A stretch of 64,000 nt of DNA, from positions 2,057 through 66,056 of the forward strand of contig JAHFKN010000001.1 in NCBI GenBank assembly GCA_023245355.1. Reading direction: 5' to 3'. Shown here in pieces: positions 49,499-58,952 of this stretch. Under the pieces are notes generated by a model that did not search any database, was not told the origin of the DNA, and saw only the letters and a list, made by a program, of their open reading frames with translations. Every line of letters begins with the position of its first letter. The stretch's first letter is position 1. This stretch comes from Candidatus Gottesmanbacteria bacterium. Its GTDB lineage: Bacteria; Patescibacteriota; Microgenomatia; UBA10105; UBA927. A program made the translations under genes and the position numbers.

Positions 49499-50557
49499 TT
49501 GCCATACAACAATCGGAAGTTCACACGCACTATGAAATCCCTGATAGGTCTTGATATAGGATCCCACAGTATTAAGCTTATTGAAATCGGCTCTTCCGGT
49601 TCAGAACGGCATCTGCTTGCTGCCGGAAGTATTCCTACACCTCCGAAAGCGCTGCAGTCTACGCTTGAAGCGGATCATCAGGCTGTGGGCATGGCAATCA
49701 AACAGCTTATGAAAGAGACGGGAGCCAAATCAAGCTCCGTAGCGTTTGCGCTGCCGGAATCTCAGGTATTTACCCGTGTCATCGAAGTGCCGGCGCTTTC
49801 CCAGCGGGAATTGTCCAGCGCTATCGGGTGGGAAGCCGAGCAATATATTCCCTTGCCGCTCGATCAGGTGAATTTGGATTATTCGGTGCTGCGGGATGCT
49901 AAAGAGACCGGGACGAATAAAATGGATGTATTGCTGGTTGCCAGCCCGAAGACATTACTGGAGAAATATTTATCCATTATTGAAATGGCAGAATTAATTC
50001 CTGTTGCCGCCGAAACGGAAATCATCGCAACCGCACGGGCATTAGTCCGCTCGGTTGCATCTATCAAAAATGCAGCCCTTCTTGTCTCTCTCGGCGCACA
50101 GACGACCGATCTGGCGATTCTGCGCGGAGGAGTATTGGCCTTTACCCGTTCCATAGCTGCCGGAGGGGAAGCATTGTCACGTGCGCTCGTATCCGGACTG
50201 GATTTCAATGTAAATCAGGCCGAGGAATTTAAGCGGACGTACGGTTTGGAACAGGATAAACTGCAGGGTAAAATCGTGACCGCCGTTAAACCCATTATGG
50301 ATACGATTATCGGGGAAATGAAACGCGCACTCGCCTATTACGGGGAAAAACACAAAGATGAACGCGTGGAAGTAACGTTGTTATCCGGCGGTACCGCAAA
50401 ACTTCCGGGTATGGTGGTATACATCGCGCAAAACGTCGGCGTCGAAACTCAACTGGCTAATCCATGGGTCGGGATCAAACGTGATGCCCGGTTTGCGGTT
50501 TTGGATAAGGAAGGCGCGACATTCACCGTGGCGGTCGGACTCGCTCTTCGGGAGTAG
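49499..50557 (+). CDS. pilM: Type IV pilus assembly protein PilM (actin-like ATPase)
   Basis: ...LIGLDIGSHSIKLIEIG... The start may instead be MKSLIGLD at 49532. Confidence 0.85.
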   Translation: MPYNNRKFTRTMKSLIGLDIGSHSIKLIEIGSSGSERHLLAAGSIPTPPKALQSTLEADHQAVGMAIKQLMKETGAKSSSVAFALPESQVFTRVIEVPALSQRELSSAIGWEAEQYIPLPLDQVNLDYSVLRDAKETGTNKMDVLLVASPKTLLEKYLSIIEMAELIPVAAETEIIATARALVRSVASIKNAALLVSLGAQTTDLAILRGGVLAFTRSIAAGGEALSRALVSGLDFNVNQAEEFKRTYGLEQDKLQGKIVTAVKPIMDTIIGEMKRALAYYGEKHKDERVEVTLLSGGTAKLPGMVVYIAQNVGVETQLANPWVGIKRDARFAVLDKEGATFTVAVGLALRE

Positions 50558-50564
50558 ATGGCGC

Positions 50565-51107
50565 ATGAGTAACTCACCAATCAATCTCATCAAGAAAGAC
50601 GTCAGCAGTTTTCGGAAGTTATCTGTTATCGAAGATAAACTGAGACTTGCCACCTGGTGGTTTTTGGGGGTGCTGTTCGTTATAGGACTCGGAATCGGCA
50701 TCAGCTTTTTTCTTATCAGCGCACGGATGAGAGATCTGGAAAGCAGGAAAGTCGAGCTTACGAAACAGATAAACCTTCAGAATGTAAAAGAAGGCATTCT
50801 GCTTTCACTCAAGGAACGCACGTCTATTGCCGGTAAGGCGCTTGATGCCGCAAAACCCTGGGGTAAACTGTTTACCCTGCTTGTCGCTATTGCCGATGAG
50901 ACGAACTATAACTCACTGAGCATCGAAGAATCGGGCAGAGTTACGACGGTGTTAAATCTCGTGAATATCGATGATGCGGTCTTAGTGATTTCCAATACCA
51001 TGAGTTTGGTGCAGGAAAAGTCGCTGCGTTCACCGCAGCTTGTGTCTTTTACGTTTAAAGATGACGGGACGGTGCAGGTCAGCTTATCGTTTGTTCCGGT
51101 TTTTTAA
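50565..51107 (+). CDS. pilN: PilN-like bitopic protein
   Basis: Single TM helix plus coiled coil, in the position after pilM. The start is set at MSNSPINLIK. The track ORF start overlaps pilM. Confidence 0.55.
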   Translation: MSNSPINLIKKDVSSFRKLSVIEDKLRLATWWFLGVLFVIGLGIGISFFLISARMRDLESRKVELTKQINLQNVKEGILLSLKERTSIAGKALDAAKPWGKLFTLLVAIADETNYNSLSIEESGRVTTVLNLVNIDDAVLVISNTMSLVQEKSLRSPQLVSFTFKDDGTVQVSLSFVPVF

Positions 51108-51112
51108 CACAT

Positions 51113-51853
51113 ATGCCGCCACTGGATAAATTTTTTCGGACATATCAGAATATTCTTGTTTCCTCAGCACTTCTTGTGTTTTGTGTTATCGGTGTGATAT
51201 TCGGAGTCGCCCCGTCCGCGTTGAAAATTCAGGAACTTGCCGCACAAGCAAAGGATGTTTCCGAGCAGACGAGCGGACTTCAGAAAAAGCTTGATACGTT
51301 AATCAATCTGGATGAAGACACGCTCCGCAGGCAGTTAACGGACGTCCTCTCTGCTGTTCCTGCCGAACGGTCGTTTCCTACGCTTTTTGAGACGGTAGAA
51401 GGTATTGCCGCACGGAGCGGGGCAACCGTGTTACAGATGCATCTTTCAGGAGGAACCACGCTTGCCACCCCGTCAGCCGCAAAGGTTTCTGCTGCCGATA
51501 AAAAATTGGGAACGCGTACCATCCCGTTCTCGGTCACGATCAGCGGCTCACTTCAGGCAGTGCAGGAGTTTATCACGTTGGCTCCGAAAGTCAGGAGACT
51601 TCTTCGGATCCGTACATTTTCCATTTCATTCCCGCGTGATGTTCGGCCGTTGTCCGTCGCCATAGAAATGGACGCGTTTTATGAGCCGCTCCCGACGAGT
51701 TTAGGAACCGCCAAGGCTATCTTGCCGCAGCTTACTGCCGCAGACGAGGATATTATCAGTAAACTCGGCCAACTTCCGCTTATAGCGCAGGAGAACGGGG
51801 AATTGCCTCCTCCGCTTATCGGCCGCGTGAAAGACGATCCTTTTGCGCCTTGA
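51113..51853 (+). CDS. pilO: PilO-like bitopic protein
   Basis: TM helix plus periplasmic domain. The call is by synteny. Confidence 0.5.
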   Translation: MPPLDKFFRTYQNILVSSALLVFCVIGVIFGVAPSALKIQELAAQAKDVSEQTSGLQKKLDTLINLDEDTLRRQLTDVLSAVPAERSFPTLFETVEGIAARSGATVLQMHLSGGTTLATPSAAKVSAADKKLGTRTIPFSVTISGSLQAVQEFITLAPKVRRLLRIRTFSISFPRDVRPLSVAIEMDAFYEPLPTSLGTAKAILPQLTAADEDIISKLGQLPLIAQENGELPPPLIGRVKDDPFAP

Positions 51854-52526
51854 GGAGATCCGGCCGCCGCTTTTTTGTGCGGGCCATGGCTTCTTTTATT
51901 TTCCACGCTTCAATCTTGGCGTGATTTCCGGATAAAAGGATGGCAGGTACGCGTTGATCCCGGTATGCTTCCGGTCTGGTATAGTGCGGATATTCCAGTA
52001 TTCCCGATTCAAACGATTCATTTACGGTGGCATCTTCCTTGAGCAGTACGCCCGGCAGCAAACGTGTTACGGAATCGGTCAATACCATAGCAGGAATTTC
52101 CCCGCCGGTCAGGACGTAATCTCCTATGGAAATTTCTTCGTCGACCAAATCCCGTACACGCTCATCGACTCCTTCATAGTGGCCGCAAAGCAGGATAAGG
52201 TGCGTATACCGGCTCAGGTCTCTGGCTTTTTTCTGTGCGTACGGAGCGCCTTGAGGGGTGAGCAGGATAACCCGCTCTGTTTTGGCGGTTTCTTTGCCGC
52301 TTCTGGCAGATTGGATTGCCCGGTCCATAACATCAACCCGCAGCACCATGCCTGTACCCCCGCCGTACGGGTGGTCGTCTACCGATCCGTATGCGTCGAT
52401 AGCAAAATCCCGCAGTTGTATAAGATTAATCTCAAGTTTTCCGCGCTGAATTGCCCGTTTGACAATGGAAGAGTCAAATACTCCGGAAAACATTTCCGGG
52501 AATAAGGTGATAATGGAGATACGCAT
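51816..52526 (-). CDS. trmD: tRNA (guanine37-N1)-methyltransferase
   Basis: 236 aa SPOUT knot. ...LLCGHYEGVDERV... is typical of TrmD. Confidence 0.9.
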   Translation of the reverse strand: MRISIITLFPEMFSGVFDSSIVKRAIQRGKLEINLIQLRDFAIDAYGSVDDHPYGGGTGMVLRVDVMDRAIQSARSGKETAKTERVILLTPQGAPYAQKKARDLSRYTHLILLCGHYEGVDERVRDLVDEEISIGDYVLTGGEIPAMVLTDSVTRLLPGVLLKEDATVNESFESGILEYPHYTRPEAYRDQRVPAILLSGNHAKIEAWKIKEAMARTKKRRPDLLKAQKDRLSRGR

Positions 52527-52529
52527 ATC

Positions 52530-52778
52530 TCACTCTTGAGGAGGCGCGTCTTCTGCTATTTCGACATCGACGTAAATGTTGCGTTTGGCTGCGATTACTT
52601 TCATGAGGTCACGCAGGGCACGGATTATGCGGCCGCTTTTGCCGATAACTTTCCCGATATCATCCTGATGCGTGTGGATCGTAAGAATCGTCGCTTCGCC
52701 GTCTACGCGCTCATCAATGACGATGCTTTCGGGATGATCGACCAGCGAACGGATGAAGAAATCGAGTGTGTCTTTCAT
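52530..52778 (-). CDS. KH-domain RNA-binding protein (YlqC/UPF0109-like)
   Basis: 82 aa with a GKVIGKSGRIIRALR GXXG motif. Confidence 0.7.
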   Translation of the reverse strand: MKDTLDFFIRSLVDHPESIVIDERVDGEATILTIHTHQDDIGKVIGKSGRIIRALRDLMKVIAAKRNIYVDVEIAEDAPPQE

Positions 52779-53009
52779 TTAGATTTTTTCGATCAGGCGC
52801 GAAACTCCGGTCGTTACCACGGCTCCCTGGCTCTGCCAATAGGACAAGCGTGCGCGGTCAACGGAAAATTGTGCAGGTTTGACGAGCGGGTTATAAAATC
52901 CCAGGACTTCCACAGGCGTTCCGTTGCGTCTTTTGCCTTCTTCTATAGCCACAATCCGATATGTGCGTCGGTTTTTGGCTCCGTATTGTGCTAAACGAAT
53001 CTTTACCAT
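52779..53009 (-). CDS. rpsP: 30S ribosomal protein S16
   Basis: It starts MVKIRLAQYGAKNRRTYRIVA. Confidence 0.9.
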   Translation of the reverse strand: MVKIRLAQYGAKNRRTYRIVAIEEGKRRNGTPVEVLGFYNPLVKPAQFSVDRARLSYWQSQGAVVTTGVSRLIEKI

Positions 53010-53024
53010 AGAGGTATTATTCTA

Positions 53025-53711
53025 TCAGATATCCCCGTTCTTCTCAAGCGCATTCTGAGCTGCGTGCTGTTCGGCATCCTGTTTGGACTTTCCCACACCC
53101 TCTCCGAGGATTTTATCGCCCGTGCTGACTTCTATCCAGAAGGTTTTATTGTGATCCGGTCCCTCGCTTTTTGTGACGCGGTAGGTAGGAGAAACCTTGA
53201 GTTTTTCCTGCGTCAGTTCCTGCAACAGGCTTTTGAAATCTACATAGCTTTTTGTCGCGATGATCGTCTCGGCCTTGTACAGAAGATGCGTTAACAGGAA
53301 TTGTTTTGCAGGCTCGATACCCTGATCCAGAAAAATTGCTCCTAAGAGGGCTTCGAAACAGTCAGCCAGAAGTGATTCGTTGATACGACCTCCGGAAGAC
53401 TCCTCCCCCCGGCTTAACAGCAGCAGGTTCCCTAGTCCCAGGTCGGAGGCAACCGTTCCTAGACTTTTGGTTTTCACGAGGGTTGAGCGGATGTTTGTGA
53501 GCGTACCTTCCGGGTACTGCGGATAGGTTGTATACAGATATTGTGACGTAATAAATGATAATACCGCGTCCCCTAAAAACTCCAACCGCTCGTTTGATTC
53601 CTTGAATTCTTTGGATTCATTGAGGTGCGAACGGTGGATAAATGCCTGCTGAAGAAGGTTTGCGTTTGTAAACGTAACGCCGATTTTTGCCTGTAAATCA
53701 TCAAGAGTCAT
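53025..53711 (-). CDS. rnc: Ribonuclease III
   Basis: RNase III signature ERLEFLGDAVL and a C-terminal dsRBD. Confidence 0.9.
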   Translation of the reverse strand: MTLDDLQAKIGVTFTNANLLQQAFIHRSHLNESKEFKESNERLEFLGDAVLSFITSQYLYTTYPQYPEGTLTNIRSTLVKTKSLGTVASDLGLGNLLLLSRGEESSGGRINESLLADCFEALLGAIFLDQGIEPAKQFLLTHLLYKAETIIATKSYVDFKSLLQELTQEKLKVSPTYRVTKSEGPDHNKTFWIEVSTGDKILGEGVGKSKQDAEQHAAQNALEKNGDI

Positions 53712-54072
53712 GGGTTTTTCCCTCCGTTTCTTTGATAATGGTGCCGAGTACGCCGTTTATAAATTTGGCGCTGTGTTCATTGCCGAACGATTTGGCGAGT
53801 TCCACCGCTTCATCGATGACGACTTTTGGAGGAGTTGAGCCGTCGAACACGATTTCCCATACGGCAAGACGCAAAATTGCCAGATCGATTTTTGCTATTT
53901 TCGGTAATGGCCATTCGGAAGCGGCTTTTTCGATATATCCGTCAACGTCAGAAAGCCGTTCGATAATCGGTGCCGTTTCTTCGTGCGGAGGCACAGGGCG
54001 GAAGCTGTAACTGAATAGTTGCTGCATCCTCGTTATGCGCTTTTGATGTCGGGGGTCATTTGCGGTTTTCAT
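53701..54072 (-). CDS. nusB: Transcription antitermination factor NusB
   Basis: 123 aa NusB fold (…RHQKRITRMQQLF…). Confidence 0.85.
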   Translation of the reverse strand: MKTANDPRHQKRITRMQQLFSYSFRPVPPHEETAPIIERLSDVDGYIEKAASEWPLPKIAKIDLAILRLAVWEIVFDGSTPPKVVIDEAVELAKSFGNEHSAKFINGVLGTIIKETEGKTHDS

Positions 54073-54155
54073 GAAACCTAATATCGCGAATTAGTGTATT
54101 GATACGCGTTAATTTCCGGGTGGGTAATGAACAAATACCAATCAACTATTCGTGT

Positions 54156-54356
54156 TTATGAGCTTTTCGCTTTTTTCTCTTTTTTGATGACGACGGCCTT
54201 GCCTGCATAGAATCCGCAAAATTTACATGCGCGGTGAGACATTCTGGGTTTGCCGCAGTTTGAGCAAACCAATAAGCCCGGCAATTTCATACGGATGCTG
54301 GCATCCCGTTTGCCCTGGCGTCGTGTACTGTGTCTTCGTTTTGGTAGTGGTGTCAT
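54156..54356 (-). CDS. rpmF: 50S ribosomal protein L32
   Basis: ...PKRRHSTRRQGKR... plus a CxxC...CxxC ribbon. The start is set at MTPLPKRR. Confidence 0.8.
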   Translation of the reverse strand: MTPLPKRRHSTRRQGKRDASIRMKLPGLLVCSNCGKPRMSHRACKFCGFYAGKAVVIKKEKKAKSS

Positions 54357-54379
54357 AAGAAAACAATACAACCCCGTTA

Positions 54380-56440
54380 TCAGGATTGGATATTGTCTAT
54401 TTTACTCTCCCGGGACCATTCTCTCAAGTAGGGAAACCGCCCGAGCTCCGGATCATCCTCCAGCAGGCCGGTTACGGCTGACTGGACGCGCGAAACAAGT
54501 ACCGTGTCAGACAGTGTCGCCACGGTAAATCCTGGGAGGCCATGCTGACGGGTTCCGAATAGTTCACCGGGACCGCGGAGTGTAAGATCGAGTTCCGCTA
54601 ACTCCGGTCCGCTATGTACGGACTCCAGTGCTTTAAGGCGTGTTAACACCTCCGGTGATTCATTTTCGGTAAACAATAAACAATAAGATGGTTTTTCCCG
54701 CCTGCCTACTCTCCCCCGGAGCTGATGGAGTTGGGAAAGGCCGAACCGCTCGGATGCTTCGATGACCATAATGGTTGCTTCGGGGATATCTATGCCGACC
54801 TCTACCACGGGAGTTGCAACCAGCAGATCAATGTGCCGGTCGTGCATGCGGGTTAACGTGTCCGTTTTTTCTTCGGCCTTCATTCTCCCGTGCAACAGTC
54901 CTACCCGGAGCGGCGCGAAAACATCTTTCAGTTTGGCAAATTCGGTTGTTGCCGCTTTTACCGACGTAAGCGTTTCCGATTCTTCAATAAGCGGGCAGAT
55001 GATGAATGCCTGTGAATGCGTAGATTCAAGCTCTTTTTTCATCCACTGATAGGCCGATTCCCGCTTGGATTTCGGAACCACCCAGGTTTTTACTGTTTTG
55101 CGGCCGCTGGGCATAGTATGGAGCACGCTCATATCGAGATTGCCGAATGCCGTCTGTGCAATTGTTCTGGGGATGGGAGTCGCCGTCATGGAAAGCTGGT
55201 GCGGTACGAGGTTTCCGTGAGTATGTTCCCGCAGTGCCGCCCGCTGAGCCACTCCGAACCGCTGCTGTTCATCGATGACGATACATCCGAAATTCGGCAG
55301 CTTGCGGTCTTTTGAAAGAAGCGCATGCGTTCCTACATATACTCCCGGCGTTTTAGGAAATGTGTGAACGCCCTGCTTTTTCGTGCCTCCGAGAATTAAA
55401 TGAACGGGAATACCGTGCGCTTTTTCCAATATCAGCTGCAGCGTTTTGGCATGCTGCTCTGCAAGTATCTGAGTAGGTGCCAGAAGCGCAGAGTTATCCC
55501 CATGGATAAACGCGGCATACATGCCTGCCGCTGCAACTACAGTTTTCCCGGCCCCCACGTCTCCCTCCAACAGTCTGTTCATGGGTACCGGGTGAGCCAT
55601 GTCGGATGTAATTTCACTGATTGCCTGATTCTGATCGGACGTCAACGTAAACGGCAGCAGACTGACAAAACGCTGCAGCTGCGTTTTGCTTATAGGCAGT
55701 GCTTTTGCTTTGAGAGTAGTTTTCCACAGGTGCTTCTGTCGGCGGCTCCGCAGAATAAGAAGGAATAATTCGTCGAATGCGAGCCGCTCCCGTGCACGGG
55801 CTGCTGTTTCTGCGGAATCCGGAAAATGGATAATCCGTATCGCCTCACTAAGACTCAGGAGGTTCTGTTTTGTCCGTATGGTTTCCGGTATCCGGTCGGT
55901 AACCTGCGGCAGACATTGTTCAAGGACGAACGCGATTCTGCCGCGGAGCCATTTTGATGACAATCCCTCTGTTTCCGGATATACCGGAACCAAGCGGCCT
56001 GTGTGCAGGCTCGTGTGTTCCTCCCCTGCTGTTTTGAGCACTTCATATTCCGGAGAGGAGAGGACGATTTTTTGTCCGAACCAGTCAATTTTACCCGAGG
56101 CGCTTAACATATCTCCGGTGTGAAGTGTTTTGACTAAATACATCTGGTTAAACCATGAAATATCAATTGCCCCGCTCTCGTCACGCAGGCGTCCCATTAC
56201 CAGGCGTTTGCCGTTTTTTGTAATAAACGCGCGTATGTACTCAAGCGTGCCGACGACAGTTACAATTTCTCCCGGCTGTACCCGGGAGATAGGAGAAACC
56301 AATGAATAGTCTTTGTACCGGAACGGTACATAGGTAAGCAGGTCGTAAACGGTTTCTATGCCGATTCTTTTAAGCAATGTGGCCATGCGGGGACCCACCC
56401 GGGGAACGTACTGTACGGGGGAAGTTAGGGTTAAATCCAT
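54380..56440 (-). CDS. recG: ATP-dependent DNA helicase RecG
   Basis: 686 aa with a wedge domain and SF2 helicase motifs (GDVGAGKT, DEQQRFG). Confidence 0.9.
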   Translation of the reverse strand: MDLTLTSPVQYVPRVGPRMATLLKRIGIETVYDLLTYVPFRYKDYSLVSPISRVQPGEIVTVVGTLEYIRAFITKNGKRLVMGRLRDESGAIDISWFNQMYLVKTLHTGDMLSASGKIDWFGQKIVLSSPEYEVLKTAGEEHTSLHTGRLVPVYPETEGLSSKWLRGRIAFVLEQCLPQVTDRIPETIRTKQNLLSLSEAIRIIHFPDSAETAARARERLAFDELFLLILRSRRQKHLWKTTLKAKALPISKTQLQRFVSLLPFTLTSDQNQAISEITSDMAHPVPMNRLLEGDVGAGKTVVAAAGMYAAFIHGDNSALLAPTQILAEQHAKTLQLILEKAHGIPVHLILGGTKKQGVHTFPKTPGVYVGTHALLSKDRKLPNFGCIVIDEQQRFGVAQRAALREHTHGNLVPHQLSMTATPIPRTIAQTAFGNLDMSVLHTMPSGRKTVKTWVVPKSKRESAYQWMKKELESTHSQAFIICPLIEESETLTSVKAATTEFAKLKDVFAPLRVGLLHGRMKAEEKTDTLTRMHDRHIDLLVATPVVEVGIDIPEATIMVIEASERFGLSQLHQLRGRVGRREKPSYCLLFTENESPEVLTRLKALESVHSGPELAELDLTLRGPGELFGTRQHGLPGFTVATLSDTVLVSRVQSAVTGLLEDDPELGRFPYLREWSRESKIDNIQS

Positions 56441-56485
56441 GAATCGTATTATATACTCTTATGCGGCTGCGGCGGCAAAAACGTA

Positions 56486-56596
56486 TCAGCGGAGTCCGCC
56501 GGCCAGAAACGGAACAAATGACGTCGCAACAAGTGCCACGCTGGAGAGTATGACGATGATTTTCCAGAATTTTTCGTGTTTGCGGAAAAAATTCAT
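56486..56596 (-). CDS. Small 36-aa single-TM peptide (MNFFRKHEKFWKIIVILSSVALVATSFVPFLAGGLR), immediately downstream of tyrS
   Basis: I found this by hand translation. The ATG lies 2 nt after the tyrS stop. It is below the track cutoff. Confidence 0.3.
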   Translation of the reverse strand: MNFFRKHEKFWKIIVILSSVALVATSFVPFLAGGLR

Positions 56597-56597
56597 A

Positions 56598-57785
56598 TCA
56601 GGATTCAATTTTAACAGCTTTTCGTCCGACTTCAATGGTGTCCCCTGCCCGTAACGCCGGCTCATCTTTGGGATTTGAAACCACGGCGCCGTTTATTTTT
56701 ACTGCTTTCTGCTCCACAAGACGCTTGGCTTCGGATTTGCTGGACAGAAGTCCGAATGCGACCAGTGTATCGGCAATCGTGCTCCGGGTTTTGAGCGTCC
56801 GCAATGAAACGACAGGTAATCTGGAATCGGCTACTCTGCCTTTCTGGAACCGTGTTTCAAATTCGGTCTGAGCCAAATCTGCGGCAGGCTGTGAATGCAG
56901 CTCCGTCACCATGCGGTGTGCGAGCTGCTTTTTGAGCGTCATGGGATTTTCTCCGTTTTTCAGGCGTGCTGCTATCGCTTCTATTTCCTCATGCGGAACG
57001 CTTGTCGCCAATGTGAAATACTGTTCAATCAGTTCATCCCGAAGCGACATGACCTTGCCGAACATTTCGTCGGGTTCATCAGTAAGCCATATGGCATTGC
57101 CCCAGCTTTTGCTCATTTTTCTGCCGTCGGTACCCTCTAAGAATCCGTTTGCGATGATAAAGGACTCTTTATTGCGGAGATCCTTCTGCAGAATACGGCC
57201 GGCCTGCATGTTAAACGTCTGGTCAGTGCCCCCGAGTTGGATATCCGTATCCATGAAATAACTGTCATATCCCTGCATTACCGGGTACAGTAATTCATGG
57301 AGACCTACTTTTTTTCCCTCCGTGAGGCGTTTTTTGATAAGCTCGCGCCCGACAAACTCACCGGCCGAAAAATGCTGAGTAAGTTTTACGATTTCCGTAA
57401 ACGCCAGTTTTTGGAGCCATTCGCTGTTAAACCGGACGGTTATCCTGGAAAAATCCAGTACTTTTTCCGCCTGCTTTTTGTAGGTTTCGAAGTTTGACCT
57501 GATTTGTTCGCTTGTCAGGACCGGGCGCTCGGCATCTTTATCCGACGTGTCCCCGATAAGCGCGGTGAAGTCTCCGATAAGAAACGTCACATTATGCCCG
57601 AGTTGGGAAAACGCGTTTAGTTTCCTCAAGGGGACCGCATGTCCGATATGAATATGCGTGGCGGTCGGATCAATCCCTAAATACACATTCAGCTTTTTTC
57701 CGCTGGCAAGAAGCTTCCGGAGCTTTTCCTTATCCGGAATAATATTTTCGACTCCCCGCGTGAGCAATTCTTCAATAGTGTCCAT
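56598..57785 (-). CDS. tyrS: Tyrosyl-tRNA synthetase
   Basis: GIDPTATHIHIGH (HIGH motif), KMSKS (KMSKSWGNAI) and a C-terminal S4 domain. Confidence 0.9.
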   Translation of the reverse strand: MDTIEELLTRGVENIIPDKEKLRKLLASGKKLNVYLGIDPTATHIHIGHAVPLRKLNAFSQLGHNVTFLIGDFTALIGDTSDKDAERPVLTSEQIRSNFETYKKQAEKVLDFSRITVRFNSEWLQKLAFTEIVKLTQHFSAGEFVGRELIKKRLTEGKKVGLHELLYPVMQGYDSYFMDTDIQLGGTDQTFNMQAGRILQKDLRNKESFIIANGFLEGTDGRKMSKSWGNAIWLTDEPDEMFGKVMSLRDELIEQYFTLATSVPHEEIEAIAARLKNGENPMTLKKQLAHRMVTELHSQPAADLAQTEFETRFQKGRVADSRLPVVSLRTLKTRSTIADTLVAFGLLSSKSEAKRLVEQKAVKINGAVVSNPKDEPALRAGDTIEVGRKAVKIES

Positions 57786-57818
57786 AGATTACCTCCTTTA
57801 TCTATATCACAGCCTATC

Positions 57819-58946
57819 CTATTCTTCCAGAGCCTGTTTCAGATCGTTTACTATATCGTCCGGGTGTTCCAGTCCAACGGACAGGCGAAACAAATGCATA
57901 TCCGGTCGAAACTGTTCCGAAACGTCAGACCAATCCATCATAGACGCCGGATGCTGAATAATTGTTTCGACGCCTCCGAATGAATGGCTTATCAGGATGA
58001 GTTTTAGTTTTTTTGCGACAGATGCGGAATCAACATCGTGTTTCAGTACGAAAGAAACAAGCTGTCCTTTCCCGGACATTTGCTGCCGCACCAATAGCCG
58101 TTCAGCAGGGGTGTGGATTCCCGGCGTCATCACGTGTGTGACAAGCGGATGGTGATTGAGCCATTTTGCAACGATTTTGGCGGTTTGCTGCTGAGCCTTC
58201 ATCCGCACGGGTGCTGTTTTTATACCGCGCAATATAAGCGATGCCGAAACAGGGTCCAATACAGAACCTGTGGTCTGGGCAAGAAACCGTAATCTATCTG
58301 CCAATTGTTTATCGTTTGTGCCTATGAATCCGCCGAGCGCATCACTATGACCATTGAGGCCCTTCGTAAGGCTTTCTACAACGATATCAGCGCCATGCAT
58401 CAACGGATTTTGCAGCACTCCCGAGCATATAGTCGTATCCACGGCAAGCAGAGCGCCGTTGGTGTGAGAAAGCGACGCTATTTTACTGATATCTAGCACC
58501 CGAAGCGACGGATTTGTCGGTGTTTCTATCCACACGAGCGCAGGTTTCATTGTTCGTATTTGTTCTTCGGCGAGTATCAGGTCATGGAAGTTGACGGGAA
58601 CGCCCGTTACTCCAAAGGGTCGCATGACCGTATGCAGAATGCGCCGCGTCCCCTCATATAATTCGGTGTGGTGCAGTATCGTGCTGTGTTGCGATAACAG
58701 CAGACACGTCATGGTGATTGCCGCTGACCCGTTTGTCGTGGCAATGCCAAACGCGGCATGATGGATGCCCGCTACTACACGCTCTAAATCAGCCCTTGTC
58801 CGGTTATGAATTCTCCCGTACTGCGGTCCTGTGTCAGAAGAGAGCGTATCCATGGCAAAAATAACCGACGTATGGATGGGGGTAACAATATCCCCATCGG
58901 GCATAACCGGATTGTTCTGCTGGACACAAAATGACTGCATTTTCAT
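57819..58946 (-). CDS. PLP-dependent Cys/Met-metabolism enzyme (cystathionine gamma-synthase / beta-lyase / gamma-lyase family)
   Basis: 375 aa. The PLP-Lys motif TKGLNGHSD matches the TKY(L/I)xGHxD consensus. Confidence 0.75.
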   Translation of the reverse strand: MKMQSFCVQQNNPVMPDGDIVTPIHTSVIFAMDTLSSDTGPQYGRIHNRTRADLERVVAGIHHAAFGIATTNGSAAITMTCLLLSQHSTILHHTELYEGTRRILHTVMRPFGVTGVPVNFHDLILAEEQIRTMKPALVWIETPTNPSLRVLDISKIASLSHTNGALLAVDTTICSGVLQNPLMHGADIVVESLTKGLNGHSDALGGFIGTNDKQLADRLRFLAQTTGSVLDPVSASLILRGIKTAPVRMKAQQQTAKIVAKWLNHHPLVTHVMTPGIHTPAERLLVRQQMSGKGQLVSFVLKHDVDSASVAKKLKLILISHSFGGVETIIQHPASMMDWSDVSEQFRPDMHLFRLSVGLEHPDDIVNDLKQALEE

Positions 58947-58952
58947 ATGTGT

